DNA of 34,562 bases from Gammaproteobacteria bacterium (GTDB lineage: Bacteria > Pseudomonadota > Gammaproteobacteria > J025), in contig RFGN01000038.1 of assembly GCA_003696645.1 (NCBI GenBank), positions 1 to 34,562 of the forward strand. The letters are read 5' to 3'. Numbering within the stretch: position 1 is the first letter of the stretch; each line of letters begins with the position of its first letter. Below, piece by piece: positions 1-10,987 of the stretch. The position numbers were made by a program, and so were the translations under genes. The notes under the pieces are model-generated. The model made no database searches and was not told the origin of the DNA. It saw nothing but the letters and a program-made list of their open reading frames with translations.

Positions 1-43
1 GCTGAAGAGAGTGCTGGTTATGGCGAATAACTCTTCGCAGGAA

Positions 44-90
44 TTTCAAACACTGAATTCAACGGAATCCCTCGATTGCAGTGTTTGAAA
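44..90. repeat. 12-bp perfect inverted repeat (hairpin) downstream of the putative Trp leader peptide
   Basis: TTTCAAACACTG (44-55) and CAGTGTTTGAAA (79-90), 23-nt spacer. On the minus strand it is followed by TTCCTG, not a long U run. Confidence 0.7.
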
Positions 91-102
91 ATATGGTTTA
101 GA

Positions 103-195
103 TCAGTACAGTGCAGACACAGTCAACCGCCAGCAATCATGCCAACGCCATAGCATGTTTAGCTGGGGTTTGTGATCTGCAATCCGGGTATTCAT
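103..195 (-). CDS. putative tryptophan-rich leader peptide, 30 aa, MNTRIADHKPQLNMLWRWHDCWRLTVSALY
   Basis: Hand-translated, ATG 195-193 to TGA 105-103. Three TGG codons within 7 codons. Starts 9 nt after a TATACT -10 box. Below the ORF-track size cutoff. Confidence 0.6.
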   Translation of the reverse strand: MNTRIADHKPQLNMLWRWHDCWRLTVSALY

Positions 196-204
196 GGTGG
201 CGCG

Positions 205-234
205 AGTATAGAGGGAAGGGTATTTCCCTGTCAA
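205..234 (-). promoter_or_regulatory. sigma70 promoter TTGACA-N18-TATACT with GC-rich discriminator
   Basis: Minus strand reads TTGACA GGGAAATACCCTTCCCTC TATACT CGCGCCACC ATG: perfect -35 (234-229) and 5/6 -10 (210-205). Confidence 0.8.
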
Positions 235-245
235 GCTGACCCGGG

Positions 246-2730
<2,485 letters not shown>

Positions 2731-2734
<4 letters not shown>

Positions 2735-2925
2735 GTCATGTACCGAGTGAGATATAACAGAATGATGCCTGCTGTCATGCTAGCCAACCCGATCATGCGC
2801 AACCCCCGATCCCCCATCTGGACCATCATCAGCAGGGCTCTACGAAAACTTTCCGGTGTCAGAAAAGGCATCACTCCTTCAAAAACAAGCATCAAGGCCA
2901 GGGCAAAGAAAAAGTCCTGCCACAT
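2731..2925 (-). CDS. DUF2065 family small membrane protein (YjeT-like)
   Basis: ALALMLVFEGVMPFLTP and LRMIGL pattern; 64 aa, hydrophobic; lies after hflC. Confidence 0.88.
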
Positions 2926-2946
2926 TGCAGTCAGTCAATCAGCAGG

Positions 2947-3822
2947 TTAACGGGACGATCTTCCCTGTTCGTCCTTGAAATAGCTGAAGTAATCGCTATT
3001 TGGATCGAGCACCATGAGATTTTTCTCACCAGCAAAGGTCTTGCGGTAGGCATCCATCTTTCGGTAGAAGGAGTAGAATTCCTTGTCCTGGCTGAAGGCC
3101 TGTGCATAGATCTTCGCGGCCTGGGCATCCCCTGCGCCCTTGACCTTCTGCGCCTCCTTGTAGGCCTCTGCCAACAAGACGGTGCGCTGTCTATCAGCAT
3201 CCGCGCGAATCTTTTCTGCCTCTTCCGCACCCTTTGCTCTCAATTCCTTGGCGACACGAGTTCTTTCTGCCTCCATACGGCTGTAGACAGAGTCGCTGAC
3301 TTCGCTGGCAAGGTCAATGCGTTTTATGCGAATATCGACCACCTCGATACCAAATTCCTTCGCCTTGGATCGAGCTTCTTCAGTAATGATCTTCATGATC
3401 GTGTCACGTTCTCCGGAAACCACTTCCTTGACGCTTCGTTCACCAAATTTCTCGCGCAGACCATCCTGAATGATCTGCGAAAGACGGGATCTTGCCAGTG
3501 CCTCACTGCCGCGCATGGTCTTGTAATAGGTCTTGACATCGGATATCCGCCATTTCGCGAAGGAATCCACAATGACATTCTTCTTCTCATTGGTCAGATA
3601 ACTTTCCGGAGATTCATCAAGGGTCAGGATTCGGCCATCAAACTTGCGGACATTGGTGATAAACGGAACCTTGAAATGCAGACCCGGCTTGAAATCGGTA
3701 TTGACGATTTCACCAAGTTGGAACAGGGCGACCTTTTCCCATTCCTTGACGATGAAAAGTGAAAATGACATCACAAAAAGCAGAGCCAACATGGCAATAA
3801 CAGGAATCATTCTGTTCTGCAT
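2947..3822 (-). CDS. hflC: FtsH protease modulator HflC
   Basis: N-terminal TM helix, PGLHFKVPF, EKKNVIVDSFAKWRI and RMEAER SPFH motifs. Start ATG 3822 directly after the hflK stop. Confidence 0.96.
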   Translation of the reverse strand: MQNRMIPVIAMLALLFVMSFSLFIVKEWEKVALFQLGEIVNTDFKPGLHFKVPFITNVRKFDGRILTLDESPESYLTNEKKNVIVDSFAKWRISDVKTYYKTMRGSEALARSRLSQIIQDGLREKFGERSVKEVVSGERDTIMKIITEEARSKAKEFGIEVVDIRIKRIDLASEVSDSVYSRMEAERTRVAKELRAKGAEEAEKIRADADRQRTVLLAEAYKEAQKVKGAGDAQAAKIYAQAFSQDKEFYSFYRKMDAYRKTFAGEKNLMVLDPNSDYFSYFKDEQGRSSR

Positions 3823-3823
3823 C

Positions 3824-5068
3824 TTATCTCTCCCTTCCTCTGCTGCGTTGATCTCTTCTTCCAAATTTGTCCCTCAGATTGTCTGCCCGTTTCTGAACGG
3901 AATCAGGAACCACTGGCAAGACCTGAATGCGGGGGTTATTGCTCGTCGGGTTTTGTGTGGTGCCTCCAGACAGCTTGTCGAGCGGAAGATAGAGCAGATT
4001 GTTGCCTCCCTGCACATCTACCATTACCTTGCCTGAATTGCTCATGACAGATTCCATGGCATCGATGTAGAGCCTTTCTCGCGTTACGGCTGGAGCCGCC
4101 TTGTACTCCTTGTACACCTGCAAGAAGCGACTTGCTTCACCTTCGGCTTGTGAAATCACCTTGTCATGATAGGCCTTGGCCTCGGCGATCTGTCTGGCAG
4201 CATTACCGCGTGCCCTGGGGATGATGTCATTGGCATAGGCCTCGGCCTCGTTCTTCTGCCGTTCCAGATCCTCCCGGGCCTTCACGGCATCATGGAAGGC
4301 ATCCTGCACCTGTTCGGGCGGCTGTGCCCCTTTCATGTTGACGCTGGTGATCAGCAGGCCGGCATCGTAACGGTCAAGGATACTCTGGGTCAGTGTCTTG
4401 ACAGAGGAGGCCACATTCGCACGACCTTCTGTCAATACAAAATCCATCGAGGACTTCCCGACAACCTCACGCAATGCACTTTCCGTGGCCTCTTTCAGGG
4501 CCATTTCAGGGCTGCGGTTTGTGAAGATATATTTGGCCGGATCACTGATCCGGAACTGTACAGCCAGGCGAACATCAACAATGTTTTCGTCCTTGGTCAG
4601 CATCAGTGCCTCTTCCTTGACCTGGCTCTCGCGTCCACCCGTCTTGCGATACCCGATCGTTGCCGTCCGGTTGCGATCCTGTTCGACCATGATGACATTG
4701 TCGATAAAGGTTGGTCGCCAGTGAGGGCCCGGTTGGGCTGTATCAATATAATGCCCAAATCGAAGGACAACCCCCCGATTCCCTTCATCTACGATATAAA
4801 ATCCACTCAGGAACCAGACAACGACAATCGCGCCAATAACCAGTCCTATACCAGCCCGACTGAACGGATTGGCAGGGCCACCGCTGCGGCCGGAAGAACC
4901 ACTGCCGGAACCCCTGCCACCGCCAAAAAACTGTTTGATCCTGTTGAAGATCTCATCCAGATCCGGCGGGTTGTCATTACCCCCTGACCAGGGGTCCCTG
5001 CCATCGGAATTCTTTCCCGAGTTCGAATGGCTCGATTTGTCACCATTTCCAGGTTCACCCCACGCCAT
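3824..5068 (-). CDS. hflK: FtsH protease modulator HflK
   Basis: MAWGEPG, DPW and PPDLDE N-terminus, Gly-rich linker, MLTKDENIV, AFHDAVKARED, APAVTRERLY. Confidence 0.96.
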   Translation of the reverse strand: MAWGEPGNGDKSSHSNSGKNSDGRDPWSGGNDNPPDLDEIFNRIKQFFGGGRGSGSGSSGRSGGPANPFSRAGIGLVIGAIVVVWFLSGFYIVDEGNRGVVLRFGHYIDTAQPGPHWRPTFIDNVIMVEQDRNRTATIGYRKTGGRESQVKEEALMLTKDENIVDVRLAVQFRISDPAKYIFTNRSPEMALKEATESALREVVGKSSMDFVLTEGRANVASSVKTLTQSILDRYDAGLLITSVNMKGAQPPEQVQDAFHDAVKAREDLERQKNEAEAYANDIIPRARGNAARQIAEAKAYHDKVISQAEGEASRFLQVYKEYKAAPAVTRERLYIDAMESVMSNSGKVMVDVQGGNNLLYLPLDKLSGGTTQNPTSNNPRIQVLPVVPDSVQKRADNLRDKFGRRDQRSRGRER

Positions 5069-5300
5069 GAGGTGCTTGATTCTTTTCATCAGAAAGGCCT
5101 GCCTGATTTGAATATTCCAAAACAGTGCATTCTAGTATTTTGTTGGCGTTCTGAAAAGAAGAATCCACAAAATTTGGAAAATCGTGATACACGGTATAAA
5201 CTTTCAGGTTTGAATTTATTCGGTCCCCCATGAACTGCAAGAGGGAGACCTGAAACAACCGCCATCTCAATAATGGTGTCACAATAACGAGGGAGATGTT

Positions 5301-6164
5301 ATGTCAAAAAAACACCCAATCATTGCCGTAACCGGCTCATCAGGGGCAGGGACCTCTACCGTCAAGAATGCCTTTGAGCATATCTTCAGACGCGAAAAAC
5401 TCAAGGCTGCCATTATTGAGGGAGACAGCTACCATCGCTACGATCGAAACACGATGAAGATAAAAATGGCCAAGGCAGAAGAAGGTGGCGAAAATCTGAG
5501 CCATTTCGGGCCCAAGGCCAATCTCTTCGACAAGCTGGAAGAAACATTCAAGACCTATGGAGAAACCGGAACCTGCCAGCGCCGCTACTATCTGCACAAC
5601 CAAGAAGAGGCAGCGCCCTACAATCAGGAACCGGGAACCTTTACCCCTTGGGAACCCATCGAGGAAGGCAGCGATCTGCTGTTCTACGAGGGGCTGCATG
5701 GTGGAGTTGTCACCGATGAGCAAAATGTTGCGCAGTATGTTGACCTGCTTGTGGGCGTTGTTCCTATCGTCAATCTGGAATGGATTCAGAAGATCCATCG
5801 CGATACCGCAGAACGCGGCTATTCGGCCGAGGCCGTCACGGATACCATTCTGAGAAGAATGCCGGACTACATCAGCACCATCACTCCGCAATTCTCCCGG
5901 ACACATATCAATTTTCAGCGAGTTCCGGTGGTGGACACCTCAAACCCGTTTATCGCCCGGGACATCCCGACCCCGGACGAAAGCTTTATCGTGATCCGCT
6001 TCCGCAATCCCGAGCAGGCTGATTTCCCTTATTATCTGTCCATGCTGAAGGATTCCTGGATGTCCAGACCAAATACCATCGTACTGCCAGGCGGCAAGAT
6101 GGGACTGGCCATGGAAATCATCCTGACGCCCATGATCCACGACCTGGTTGCCAGCAAGGGCTGA
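5301..6164 (+). CDS. prkB: phosphoribulokinase (proteobacterial type, CbbP/PrkB)
   Basis: HPIIAVTGSSGAGT Walker A, LLFYEGLHG, NLEWIQKIHRD, INFQRVPVVDTSNPF; RBS GAGGGAG upstream. Confidence 0.95.
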   Translation: MSKKHPIIAVTGSSGAGTSTVKNAFEHIFRREKLKAAIIEGDSYHRYDRNTMKIKMAKAEEGGENLSHFGPKANLFDKLEETFKTYGETGTCQRRYYLHNQEEAAPYNQEPGTFTPWEPIEEGSDLLFYEGLHGGVVTDEQNVAQYVDLLVGVVPIVNLEWIQKIHRDTAERGYSAEAVTDTILRRMPDYISTITPQFSRTHINFQRVPVVDTSNPFIARDIPTPDESFIVIRFRNPEQADFPYYLSMLKDSWMSRPNTIVLPGGKMGLAMEIILTPMIHDLVASKG

Positions 6165-6174
6165 GCAAGGACAC

Positions 6175-6205
6175 AAAAACAGGAGAGGGCTCACTCCTCT
6201 CCTGT
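6175..6205 (-). terminator. rho-independent terminator closing the lpxB-PAP2 transcript
   Basis: Minus strand ACAGGAGAGG-AGTGAGC-CCTCTCCTGT: 10-bp stem running into a T run. The PAP2 stop codon lies in the loop. Located between convergent genes. Confidence 0.7.
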
Positions 6206-6982
6206 GCCTCCTCTCCCCTTTCTCCGCCGGATCATGAGACTGGCCGAGACTATCATGCTGCCGCCTGCAACCAGATATTGTATCCACATGGCCTGAGGAT
6301 ACCCAGTCCGATGGAAACAAAGCAGGATGGGGGTGATCCCCAGAATAATCAATCCAGCCATTTCCCCTGTACGACCTGGCTTCATACACTGCCGTTCGCA
6401 ACCCAACATCAACAGTGTCCCCACAAACCAGCCAATTGCTGCACCGGCAAGGATATCCACTGGCCAGTGTGCACCAACCATGCAACGGGAAACGCCCACC
6501 AGACTGGCCAACCCGATCAACAGACTGGCCGTGGTCCTTCTAAGGTCAAATATGGAAATCAGCAGGGCTGCGGCGACGAATGCTGCGGCGGTATGCCCTG
6601 AAGGAAAAGAACGTTTGTGGATGGCCGAACCGATGATATGGACCGACTCATCACCCAATAACAGTGCAGGGCGTGGCATCTGGAATCCGAATTTCAGCCC
6701 CTGGACGATCATTGTGGTCAGGATTGCGGCCGAAATGATATGCCAGACATGGGCAGGCCGGATCAGTGCCAGCGGGAATATTATGCTCAGGACCACCAGA
6801 GAATCTCCCAGGATTGTCACACTGCTCCACAATGGATCCCAGACTGCCGGATTGAAATGCTGCCATGCAGAATTCAACCACACAAACAGTTCTTCATTCC
6901 ATTGTTCTCTACCCAGCAGCCCCCCCATCAGGATCAGACAAAACCCGGGAAGAACCAGTATCCTGCCAAGATTAGAGAACAT
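6191..6982 (-). CDS. PAP2-family membrane phosphatase
   Basis: C1 KFGFQMPRP, C2 SFPSGH, C3 SRCMVGAHWPVD; multiple TM segments; start overlaps the lpxB stop (TAATG). Confidence 0.9.
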   Translation of the reverse strand: MFSNLGRILVLPGFCLILMGGLLGREQWNEELFVWLNSAWQHFNPAVWDPLWSSVTILGDSLVVLSIIFPLALIRPAHVWHIISAAILTTMIVQGLKFGFQMPRPALLLGDESVHIIGSAIHKRSFPSGHTAAAFVAAALLISIFDLRRTTASLLIGLASLVGVSRCMVGAHWPVDILAGAAIGWFVGTLLMLGCERQCMKPGRTGEMAGLIILGITPILLCFHRTGYPQAMWIQYLVAGGSMIVSASLMIRRRKGRGGTGEE

Positions 6983-8163
6983 TATGCCAGCATCTGCAAG
7001 ATTTGTCGGCCAGCCGTCATTCCTGCATTACGGCGTAGCGTTTGATGAAGATCGGTGAAGGTCGAGAGCAGCCTTTCAACCTGCTCTCCTCCGTTAAGAA
7101 ACCCCAATAGATCCTCGGCCATTGCCTGAGGATCAATGTCATCCTGAAGATATTCAGGAACAAGCATTGTGTCGGCAAGCAGGTTGGGCAAGGAAAAAAA
7201 ACGGGAATAGTACATGCGCCTGGCCAGCATGTAGGTCAACCGCCCCAGACGATAGGCAACCACCATGGGTCGCTTCAGCAGCATGATCTCAAGCGTGGCG
7301 GTACCACTTGCAGCAAGCACAACATTTGATGCCCCAATCACTGCCGAGGCCTGCCCGTCGAAAACATGCACGGAATCGGCCCTGCCGTTCCAGTGGTTCA
7401 GGGCCTGACGGATATGACCGGCCACCGCTGGTGTAGCAGCAGGAATCAAAACATCCAGATCCGGTTGTTGTTGCTGGCACAATCTGGCTGTTTCCAGAAA
7501 ATCAGGCAACAGGGCCTGCACTTCTGCAACCCGGCTACCAGGCAGTACTGCCAGATATTTTCTTTCAACATTTATTCCCAGATTCCTGCGACATGATTCA
7601 GGAAAAGGTGGAGACAGGGCAATCTGGTCTGCCAATGGATGCCCCACATAAGTACATGGTACCCCATGCCGTTGGTAAAATTCACTCTCGAAGGGGAACA
7701 GCACGAGGATATGGTCGATATTTTTCCGGATGGTCTCGACACGCGAGGCGCGCCATGCCCAAACGGTGGGGCTGACATATTGGACTGTCCTGATCCCCTT
7801 CTTTTTCAGTTTTCCTGCCAGTCTGAGATTGAAGTCTGGTGAATCAATGCCGACAAATAGTGCAGGCCTGTTTCTGATAAAGTGACGGGCCAGCCGTCTG
7901 TATACCTGAAAATAGATCCTGGGCAAGGCCCGAAATACCTCGTACAACCCCATTACGGAAAGCTGGTCTATGCTGCAGACTGCCTGACAACCCGCCTTTT
8001 GCATGGCCGGCCCCGCCATGCCACTCAGAGTGAATGCACTTTCAACGGATCCATGACAACAAAGTCGATTCAACGCATGTATCAAATCAGCGCCGAGAAG
8101 ATCACCGGAGAGTTCTCCGGCCACCATACCAATCTCGATACGGGACTGGTGGCTATTCTCCAA
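6982..8163 (-). CDS. lpxB: lipid-A-disaccharide synthase
   Basis: VAGELSGDLLGA, GIDSPDFN, YVSPTVWAWR, LPGSR, ASGTATLE, LPNLL. Start uncertain; TTG 8163 chosen because the ORF-track start at 8259 overlaps lpxA too far. Confidence 0.95.
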   Translation of the reverse strand: MENSHQSRIEIGMVAGELSGDLLGADLIHALNRLCCHGSVESAFTLSGMAGPAMQKAGCQAVCSIDQLSVMGLYEVFRALPRIYFQVYRRLARHFIRNRPALFVGIDSPDFNLRLAGKLKKKGIRTVQYVSPTVWAWRASRVETIRKNIDHILVLFPFESEFYQRHGVPCTYVGHPLADQIALSPPFPESCRRNLGINVERKYLAVLPGSRVAEVQALLPDFLETARLCQQQQPDLDVLIPAATPAVAGHIRQALNHWNGRADSVHVFDGQASAVIGASNVVLAASGTATLEIMLLKRPMVVAYRLGRLTYMLARRMYYSRFFSLPNLLADTMLVPEYLQDDIDPQAMAEDLLGFLNGGEQVERLLSTFTDLHQTLRRNAGMTAGRQILQMLA

Positions 8164-8962
8164 TGGAGGATCGTTTGAGTGGACGAATAATCCCCCGATC
8201 CGATGCCTCGATAAACCGAACAAGTTGTTCGATAACCGGACGGTTCTCAAGTGTCTCACGAATCCTTGACAGGGCCTCCGAGGTATTCAATCCTGAACGA
8301 AACAGGAGTCGATAGGCCTGCTTCAGTACAGAAAGATCCTCGGCACTGAAACCATGCCTTCTCAACCCTTCCACATTGATACTGCGCGGGATTGTGACCG
8401 GCCCCGATACCTTTATAAATGGAGGAATATCCTTGATGACATGACAGGTTGCGGCAAAAAAACTGTAGGATCCCAGCCGACAGAATTGTGTCACCAGTGT
8501 AAAACCTCCCAGCACCGCATGGTCTTCAACCAGAACATGCCCGGCCAGAGATGCGCCATTGGCAAAGATATTGTTGTTGCCAACAATACAGTCATGGGCT
8601 ATATGGACATAGGCCATGATCCAGTTTTCGTTGCCCAGACGCGTGATGCCTCCACCGGCGCCCGTACCGCGATTGATGGTACAGAATTCACGAATGACAT
8701 TTCCATCACCGATCTCGAGGTGGGTCTCCTCCTCATGGAATTTCATGTCCTGCGGATCCTCTCCAATGGAGGAAAACTGATAGATACGGTTATTCTTTCC
8801 GATTTTGGTCGGACCGGTAATGGTCACATGGGATCCGATTCTGGAGCCCGAATCAATCTCAACATTCGGGCCGATAACCGAAAAAGGCCCAATCTCGACA
8901 TCGTCTGCAATGATGGCAGAAGGATCAACTACTGCAGTGGGTGCAATCATTTCTGTCGACAA
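8153..8962 (-). CDS. lpxA: acyl-ACP--UDP-N-acetylglucosamine O-acyltransferase
   Basis: Hexapeptide repeats, PQDMK, IREFCTINRGT, HIAHDC, LAGHV. Alternative start ATG 8950. Confidence 0.97.
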   Translation of the reverse strand: MSTEMIAPTAVVDPSAIIADDVEIGPFSVIGPNVEIDSGSRIGSHVTITGPTKIGKNNRIYQFSSIGEDPQDMKFHEEETHLEIGDGNVIREFCTINRGTGAGGGITRLGNENWIMAYVHIAHDCIVGNNNIFANGASLAGHVLVEDHAVLGGFTLVTQFCRLGSYSFFAATCHVIKDIPPFIKVSGPVTIPRSINVEGLRRHGFSAEDLSVLKQAYRLLFRSGLNTSEALSRIRETLENRPVIEQLVRFIEASDRGIIRPLKRSSIGE

Positions 8963-8974
8963 TCAGAATTGTGA

Positions 8975-9433
8975 CTAATCCTTCTTCTCCACACACAGCA
9001 TCTCTGCAGATGCCACCACTTCCCCATCAACAAGAGCCTGGCACTCATAGCGCCACATGCTGCTGCGTTTTTTCAGCACCCTGGCTTCCAGGACGAGTTG
9101 ATCGCCCGGGACAACCGGACGTTTGAATTTGGCCTTGTCGACATTGGCAAGATAGAACAGGACATTATCATCAACGGTAATACCAAGGCTCTTGAATGTC
9201 AGCAGGCCAGCGGTCTGGGCAAGCGCCTCAATTATAAGAACACCCGGCATGACGGGTTTGCTGGGGAAGTGCCCCTGAAAAAATGCCTCGTTATAGGTCA
9301 GATTTTTGACAGCACGTACCGATTCGTTCGGCACATAATCCAGAATCCTGTCTACCAGAAGAAATGGATAGCGGTGGGGAAGCAGATCAAGAATCTCTGC
9401 AATGTCTCCCCGTTCGAATTTGTTCTCAGTCAT
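8975..9433 (-). CDS. fabZ: 3-hydroxyacyl-ACP dehydratase
   Basis: LPHRYPFLLVDR and FFQGHFP..PVMPGVLIIEALAQ motifs. Confidence 0.98.
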   Translation of the reverse strand: MTENKFERGDIAEILDLLPHRYPFLLVDRILDYVPNESVRAVKNLTYNEAFFQGHFPSKPVMPGVLIIEALAQTAGLLTFKSLGITVDDNVLFYLANVDKAKFKRPVVPGDQLVLEARVLKKRSSMWRYECQALVDGEVVASAEMLCVEKKD

Positions 9434-10451
9434 GATCTTCCTGTTTTGTCTGTGTTTTTAGTATTCTTTCCAAATTATTGAAACGTGCCAGATTTTTTCT
9501 CCATTGACGATTTTCTCTGGCAGGCATACCGGAGGAATACATCCCTGGCTTCAAAATTGACTTTGTTACCATCGTCATGCCTGAAACCACTACATTGTCG
9601 ACCAGCTCGATATGGCCTGCAATCCCGGCCCCTCCACCGATGAGGCAATGCTTTCCAATTTTTGTACTTCCTGCAATTCCGACACAACCGGCAATGGCAG
9701 TAGACTCTCCAATCTGTACATTATGGCCAACCTGAATCTGGTTATCGAGCTTGACGTTATCCTCGATCACTGTATCTCCAATGGCACCCCGATCGATGGT
9801 TGTGTTGGCGCCAATCTCCACATCATTTCCGATCAGGACCCTGCCGACCTGGGGGACCTTGATCCACCTTCCGGAACTGCGATCCATGGCTATTCCAAAA
9901 CCATCACTTCCAATCACCACCCCGGAATGGATGATACTCCTCTGCCCGATTATTGTACCATCATATAGTGTGACATGCGGATAGACGTTTGCCCCTTTCA
10001 TGATCCGCACCTCCCTGCCGACATAGGCATGAGCACCGATTTGTACTCCGGATTCAATGACAGCTCCGGCACAGATCACCGCGAATGCTCCAATACTTGC
10101 CTGCGGACTTATCTCTGCACTTGAATCGATATATGCCTGTTCAGAAACACCTGAAGGAACCTGCTCTGAGACAACTCCTACAATCTTCTGGGCAATCTTC
10201 GCATAGACCAGATAGGGATCATCTACCACGATGGCGTGGGTTGGACAATTGGCCAAATCCTTTTCCTGCAGGATAACAGCCGTTGCCCCTGTTCCTGGTA
10301 GATAGCGTGCATATTGGCGGTTGGCCAGGAAACTGATATCACCGGATCGAGCATCCTTGAGTGTTGCAATCCATTTGATTTCAACATCGGGATCTCCTGC
10401 CAATCTTCCATTGACATGTTTTGCCAGATAACCAAGGGTGAATCCTTTCAA
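9426..10451 (-). CDS. lpxD: UDP-3-O-(3-hydroxyacyl)glucosamine N-acyltransferase
   Basis: IGSDGFG, DVEIGANTTIDRGA, KLDNQIQVGHNV, hexapeptide repeats; TTG start. Confidence 0.97.
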   Translation of the reverse strand: MKGFTLGYLAKHVNGRLAGDPDVEIKWIATLKDARSGDISFLANRQYARYLPGTGATAVILQEKDLANCPTHAIVVDDPYLVYAKIAQKIVGVVSEQVPSGVSEQAYIDSSAEISPQASIGAFAVICAGAVIESGVQIGAHAYVGREVRIMKGANVYPHVTLYDGTIIGQRSIIHSGVVIGSDGFGIAMDRSSGRWIKVPQVGRVLIGNDVEIGANTTIDRGAIGDTVIEDNVKLDNQIQVGHNVQIGESTAIAGCVGIAGSTKIGKHCLIGGGAGIAGHIELVDNVVVSGMTMVTKSILKPGMYSSGMPARENRQWRKNLARFNNLERILKTQTKQEDHD

Positions 10452-10452
10452 G

Positions 10453-10968
10453 TTATTTTCCGGATTTCAGGCTCTTGAGAATCGCATTGGTAATATCAAT
10501 GGCCTTGCTGGCATAGACCACAACGCTTTCATTGATGATCAGATCAAAATGATTCTTTTCGGCATAATCCTGAATGGTTGAAACCACCTCTTTCTGGAGT
10601 TTCATCAGCTCCTCATTGCGCTTGAGGGTCACATCTTCACTGAAATCCTCTTTCTCTCTTCTCAGATCACGTTTCATGTCGCGGATCTTGCGTTCTGTAT
10701 CAAGCTTTTCCGAATCACTCATGATTGCCACATCACGAATCATTTTTTCTTCCAGTTTCTTGATCTCGGCCTGTTTCTTGAGAAGACGGTTTCGCCTGGG
10801 TTCAAACTCCCTGTCCAATGTATCCTTGAAGGCCTGGGCCTGAGGCGACAACTCCATGATCCGGGCTGAATCAACAAAACCGATCTTGACTTCGGCTTGT
10901 GACAGTGCAGGAAATCCCGCAAGGATGGTTACAAGAAGAAAACGTGCACTTTTGCTGAAAATTTTCAT
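10453..10968 (-). CDS. skp: periplasmic chaperone Skp/OmpH
   Basis: Signal peptide, KIGFVD, coiled-coil body and DIT C-terminal motif; between bamA and lpxD. Confidence 0.92.
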   Translation of the reverse strand: MKIFSKSARFLLVTILAGFPALSQAEVKIGFVDSARIMELSPQAQAFKDTLDREFEPRRNRLLKKQAEIKKLEEKMIRDVAIMSDSEKLDTERKIRDMKRDLRREKEDFSEDVTLKRNEELMKLQKEVVSTIQDYAEKNHFDLIINESVVVYASKAIDITNAILKSLKSGK

Positions 10969-10987
10969 ATCACCTCAGTTCCATGTT

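Noticed and set aside
4880-4930. Gly/Ser-rich quasi-repeat in hflK
   Set aside because: This is the normal low-complexity linker of HflK, not an independent repeat element.
5069-5300. Possible CbbR/LysR binding site upstream of prk
   Set aside because: I saw only short imperfect dyads (e.g. ATACACGGTAT) and generic T-N11-A matches, which are expected by chance in AT-rich DNA.
6191-6290. PAP2 C-terminus AGGSMIVSASLMIRRRK resembling a GlyGly-CTERM rhombosortase signal
   Set aside because: Only about 9 residues lie between GGS and the basic cluster, and the GG sits inside a hydrophobic helix of a polytopic protein. It is better explained as an ordinary last TM segment.
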